A stretch of DNA of 55,456 bases from Oculatellaceae cyanobacterium bins.114 (lineage in GTDB: Bacteria; Cyanobacteriota; Cyanobacteriia; Elainellales; Elainellaceae): NCBI GenBank assembly GCA_033764315.1, contig JANRJA010000215.1:1-55456 (forward strand), in the 5' to 3' direction. The notes below the pieces were generated by a model, which saw only the letters and a list, made by a program, of their open reading frames with translations, was not told the origin of the DNA and made no database searches. Shown one piece after another: positions 53,767 through 55,456 of this stretch. How positions within the stretch are numbered: position 1 is the first letter of the stretch; each line of letters opens with the position of its first letter. Position numbers and translations under genes: made by a program.

Positions 53767-54390
53767 TTACCAAGTTTTGGCTAACTCCATCAAACGGGCG
53801 ATCGCAGTCTCAGTTGCTGGTTGCTGCATCTTGTCCCCCATTCCTTGATAGGGAACTTCAACGTATTCCACATCTTGAATGCCCAGAAAATTCAGGATGA
53901 ACTGGAGGTAGGGTACACAGAAATCCATTGCACCTGCGGGTGTTCCGAGAGCATAGCTGCCAGCACGAGAACTGACAATGAGTGCTTTCTTGCCAATGAG
54001 TAAGCCATTAAAGGTTGCTGTCTCTCGGTTGAACTCTACGGTGCGACCTACGCGAATAATATTGTCAAAGTAAGCTTTCAATTGGGCAGGAATGCCGAAG
54101 TTATACATGGGAACCCCAAGCACAATGCGATCGGCTGCAAACAGTTCAGCAATCAACGCATCGGATTCAGATAACACTGTTTTTGTCTCTTCTGTTTGCT
54201 CTGGTGCTGGGGTTAGATTAGCTGCAACCCAGTTTGCTGTAATTAGGGCAGGCGGTTGTTGACCGATATCTCGCAGTTGATATTGAGCTTCAGGATGATA
54301 AGACCGCCACTGGTAAATAAACTTAGAAACAAGATCACGAGAAACCGATCGCTCTTGACGAACACTAGACTGAATTTCTAACAGTTGCAT
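53767..54390 (-). CDS. azoR: FMN-dependent NADH-azoreductase
   Basis: SSVRQERSVS, PMYNFGIPAQLKAYFD, SSRAGSY. Confidence 0.9.
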   Translation of the reverse strand: MQLLEIQSSVRQERSVSRDLVSKFIYQWRSYHPEAQYQLRDIGQQPPALITANWVAANLTPAPEQTEETKTVLSESDALIAELFAADRIVLGVPMYNFGIPAQLKAYFDNIIRVGRTVEFNRETATFNGLLIGKKALIVSSRAGSYALGTPAGAMDFCVPYLQFILNFLGIQDVEYVEVPYQGMGDKMQQPATETAIARLMELAKTW

Positions 54391-54441
54391 GGCACTTCTC
54401 CAATAAGGTTGACTAAGTACAAAAATGGTTACGAACCGGAT

Positions 54442-54903
54442 CTAATGGGAAGGTTGACGATCGAGTTGAGTCAGAGCGATCGCCACAGTCAACAAAGCAA
54501 TCGCAAAGACTCTAGAGAAATTGAGCGGATGAGTTGGAATACCAAACCAACCAAACTGATCAATGACAAGAGACATAACCATTTGGCTACAGACGATCGC
54601 TAAGGTTGCAGTCGTTAAACCAAGTTTTGGAACGGTCAATGTACTCAAACTGACAAACGTAGCACCCAACAATCCACCGAAAAAAGCCCACCAAGGAACG
54701 TTTGTGAACTGTTGCAAATTGGGTGTTTTGAACAACCCTGATGCAATCAACAGGGCTAAGATGCTGAACCCAACCAGGAAATTAATTGCAGCGGCAGCGA
54801 TCGGAGAGTGTAACGTTTGCTTTAAGCGGGCATTTGCAGCCGACCCGATCGCTAAAAAACTGCCCGCAGAACCTGCACCAACGATTGCTAATAAAATATC
54901 CAT
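54442..54903 (-). CDS. DMT-superfamily transporter (YdcZ/DUF606-like)
   Basis: ANARL, INFLVG, PWWAFFGGLLGA, SLVIDQFGWFG. Confidence 0.88.
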   Translation of the reverse strand: MDILLAIVGAGSAGSFLAIGSAANARLKQTLHSPIAAAAINFLVGFSILALLIASGLFKTPNLQQFTNVPWWAFFGGLLGATFVSLSTLTVPKLGLTTATLAIVCSQMVMSLVIDQFGWFGIPTHPLNFSRVFAIALLTVAIALTQLDRQPSH

Positions 54904-54992
54904 AACACCTGATGCCTCCTGGCATTAGCGATAGGGGAAATGTTCAAGCCAGATTTGAACTGCTGGCTCAGACGATAAGTAGAACCTGCCTG

Positions 54993-55318
54993 TTACTGCC
55001 CACTGGGAGTATGAAAAGTCAAACGGCTGTAGCCTAAAAACAAACCAGGACTGTTTTCTCCACTGGGGTAAACCGTAACACCCAACAGATAAATACCCTC
55101 TTGAGCAGGGTTCTGTTCTGGCTTCAGGTGAAGTGTCACAGTTTGCCCTGGCTGAACGGGATGATGGAGAACAACCAACAAATCGTTCGTGTTTTCAGTT
55201 CCACCTATATTGGCTTGAGGAATCTCAGTTGTCGGGTTGCCTGCAAAAATCCGAGTTTCGTCTGATCGAAAGACGATCGCTTCTTGCTCATTTCGTTGAG
55301 TAATCCGAATCGCTTGTA
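54993..55318 (-). pseudogene. DUF2808-like gene, 5' part apparently cut off by IS insertion
   Basis: Only the C-terminal portion is present (PVQPGQTVTLHL...NP...GIYLLGVTVYP...LFLGY). No signal peptide; abuts the IS end. Confidence 0.6.
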
Positions 55319-55456
55319 ATACCAATCAGATATGAAGATGCGCCAAACTAAAGAGTAGAACCTATCAGAGACAGTGAGATGACAGGACGACCTTTTAGGG
55401 TAGAGATTACTGAGAGTTTGGAGCAGCTAGAGAAGAGCCTCAAACAAGCTCGTAGC
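55319..55456 (+). mobile_element. Left end of IS630-like insertion sequence; transposase ORF starts at 55379
   Basis: TA followed by the TIR-like end ATACCAATC. ORF MTGRPFRVEITESLEQLEKSLKQARS resembles the N-termini of cyanobacterial IS630 HTH proteins; runs off the window. Confidence 0.6.

Noticed and set aside
54942..54960. GTTCAA-N7-TTGAAC dyad as a SoxR/MerR operator for DMT-azoR
   Set aside because: No properly spaced -35/-10 pair around it; may bind another regulator, but unsupported from sequence alone.

Overview
Core-genome segment of a cyanobacterium: HIP1 octamers (GCGATCGC) occur throughout, and hliD, sigD and glpX are present. It is probably a filamentous, non-heterocystous lineage (inference). 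The window is mostly housekeeping genes (ald, pgk, glgP, hemA, glpX, murA, lpdA, trpC, fbaA, ligA, a class I aldolase, ylqF, maf) plus three tRNAs. Intergenic regions carry many REP/SDR/MITE-like palindromes. An accessory-looking redox/metal block (MerR, RidA, azoreductase, DMT) ends at the start of an IS630-like element that appears to truncate a DUF2808 gene. No CRISPR array, prophage or rRNA was seen. Four observations stand out. (1) At 5.3-9.1 kb, a membrane pseudokinase-TM-TPR protein, a secreted RGSGR peptide (PatX-like, with an upstream TCCGGA DIF1-like motif) and an intact Ser/Thr kinase sit together, a candidate peptide-signalling module. (2) A 73-aa microprotein matches only the MerR dimerisation helix and lies near a MerR gene with a self-directed MerR-type promoter. 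(3) The C-terminus and stop codon of an M48 protease are encoded by the 5' end of tRNA-Leu. (4) A nested stack of miniature inverted-repeat elements lies upstream of the PatX-like gene. Family assignments come from motif recognition by eye, not database searches.
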